From an uncultured bacterium (GTDB lineage: Bacteria > Verrucomicrobiota > Kiritimatiellia > PWTM01): DNA of 64,000 bases. The stretch covers positions 8,118 to 72,117 of the forward strand of contig CAKZPT010000011.1 in assembly GCA_937139365.1 (NCBI GenBank), in the 5' to 3' direction. Shown one piece after another: positions 62,780-64,000 of this stretch. Under the pieces are notes generated by a model. That model made no database searches. It was not told the origin of the DNA and saw only the letters and a program-made list of their open reading frames with translations. Within the stretch, counting starts at the first letter, position 1; every line of letters begins with the position of its first letter. A program made the position numbers and the translations under genes.

Positions 62780-63444
62780 ATGTTCTGGCATTGGACCTGT
62801 CGACGCCGCGGGCGGGCGTGGCGCTGTGGCGGTCGGGTGGGACAACGGTCGAGCGAATGTGGGAGCCGGCGCCGCGGGACAGCCGGCCGTTGTACACGGC
62901 GATCCGGGAATTGCTTGGTGGTGCCGGGCTGATGGCCGACGACGTGGACTTGTTCGTCGCCGGCCGCGGACCGGGAAACTACTCCGGCCTCCGTATTGCG
63001 CTCACCGTCGCTGCGATGCTCGCGATGCCGGGCCGCCGGCCGTGGGTGGCGTTGGACAGTGGTGTGGCGGTCGCGGAGGAGGCGTTCCGCCGGTGGCCGG
63101 TGGACGATGTGCTCGTCGCCGGCGACGCGCGACGTGGGAGGGTTTGGTGTGGACGCTGTCGGCGCGAGGACGACGGCGCCGCCCGGCTGGATGGCGGATG
63201 GCGGCTCGTGCGACCCGGAGAATTGGATTCGCTGGTGCCGGCGGCGGGGATCGGGGTGACCTCCGAGTGGGCGGCGTTGTCTGATCTGGCGCGTCTGTCG
63301 AAGGGAAGCGGACGGTGGTGGGAGGACGACATTCCACCCAGGCCGCTGCACCTTGCGCGTCGCGCGGCGGAGCGATGGCTCACGGGTGCGCCGTTTCCGC
63401 CCGCAGTGCCGGTGTATCTGCATCCCCCTGTGGCAGGCGTCTGA
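62776..63444 (+). CDS. tsaB: tRNA t6A37 biosynthesis protein TsaB
   Basis: MNVLALDLST...GVALW, VAGRGPGNYSGLRIALTVA. The ATG overlaps the tsaE stop (ATGA at 62776-62779). Confidence 0.8.
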   Translation: MNVLALDLSTPRAGVALWRSGGTTVERMWEPAPRDSRPLYTAIRELLGGAGLMADDVDLFVAGRGPGNYSGLRIALTVAAMLAMPGRRPWVALDSGVAVAEEAFRRWPVDDVLVAGDARRGRVWCGRCRREDDGAARLDGGWRLVRPGELDSLVPAAGIGVTSEWAALSDLARLSKGSGRWWEDDIPPRPLHLARRAAERWLTGAPFPPAVPVYLHPPVAGV

Positions 63445-63470
63445 TCGGCGGCATCGCAGGGGGCCCCCTC

Positions 63471-64000
63471 TCATGCCGGCATGTGGTCCGGCGGCACCTC
63501 CGTGAGGAGTGGAAGGTCGCGATCCCTTGCGGAAAGAATGGGGGAGGGGACGGGCCACGAAATGTCGAGGGTGGGATCGTTCCAACGAATTCCGTACTCA
63601 TCCGATGGCGCGTAGGGGCGCGAGCAAAGGTAGACGACATCCGCTTCGACGTTGCCGATGGCGCAGAATCCGTGGGCGAATCCTTCCGGCACAAACATCT
63701 GGGCGTGGTTTTCGGCAGACAAAATGCGAGAAGTCCATTGGCCGAAAGTTGGCGAGCCCCGTCGGAGGTCCACGGCCACATCGAAGATGGCGCCGCGCAC
63801 GACGGCGATCAATTTGGCCTGGGGATGGCGGAGCTGATAGTGGAGCCCCCGGAGCACGCCGGGGATGGAGCGGGAGAAATTGACTTGGGCGATGGCAAGG
63901 TCGAAACCACACGAGCTGAGACGATCCGAGTTGAAGAGCTCACGAAACTCTCCGCGGGCATCTGGATGGACATCGGGAATCCACGCCTCCACGCCAGGCA
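63471..64000 (-). CDS. rfbC: dTDP-4-dehydrorhamnose 3,5-epimerase (5' end beyond the window edge)
   Basis: D.RGEFRELF, PGVLRGLHYQ, KLIAVVRGAIFDVAVDLR..SPTFGQW, FVPEGFAHGF. The frame stays open to position 64000. Confidence 0.85.
   Translation of the reverse strand, partial: PGVEAWIPDVHPDARGEFRELFNSDRLSSCGFDLAIAQVNFSRSIPGVLRGLHYQLRHPQAKLIAVVRGAIFDVAVDLRRGSPTFGQWTSRILSAENHAQMFVPEGFAHGFCAIGNVEADVVYLCSRPYAPSDEYGIRWNDPTLDISWPVPSPILSARDRDLPLLTEVPPDHMPA

Overview
A 64-kb, very GC-rich bacterial chromosomal segment, about 90% coding. I found no rRNA, CRISPR array, transposase, integrase or phage genes. Gene content suggests a PVC-type lineage (Planctomycetota, Verrucomicrobiota or Kiritimatiellota), but this cannot be proven from the window. 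The hints are sulfatases, a PL10 pectate lyase, a PQQ-propeller leader, Phe-terminated outer-membrane barrels and scattered biosynthetic operons. Most genes are housekeeping: hisG (3' end), proS, thiM-thiE, guaA, carB, larB-larC, pheT, uvrA, hisD and tsaE-tsaB. A long minus-strand array runs rarA, 5-formyl-THF cyclo-ligase, rny, ymdB, xseA, xseB, htrA, tlyA, nadK. There is one tRNA-Ser(CGA). Accessory content includes:
- an envelope/glycan block (TPR lipoprotein, GT2, GT4)
- a GDP-mannose 3,5-epimerase / fucokinase-like kinase / guanylyltransferase operon next to an AraC regulator
- a TPR-ExbB-ExbD-TonB-like module
- an LplT-Aas fusion followed by three uncharacterised exported proteins

I did not find a self-contained defence-type or mobile system. 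The observations most worth a second look are:
1. Several accessory genes (sulfatase, PL10 lyase, squalene-hopene-cyclase-like, a truncated sulfatase fused to a propeller leader, the AraC 3' end) are broken, while every long housekeeping ORF is intact.
2. The epimerase-kinase-guanylyltransferase operon could be an L-galactose salvage or entry route.
3. Seven functionally unrelated genes from uvrA to hisD are chained by 4-nt start/stop overlaps, including a divergent TonB-like protein and a 73-aa membrane zinc-ribbon protein.
4. A cytoplasmic metallophosphoesterase is tethered to an extracytoplasmic CBM-like domain.
5. A 29-codon bS22-like microprotein sits near the window start.
6. Several regulatory or RNA candidates are listed below.

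Start codons are my own choices within the supplied ORFs. Sequence-derived coordinates of non-coding elements may be off by 1-2 nt.
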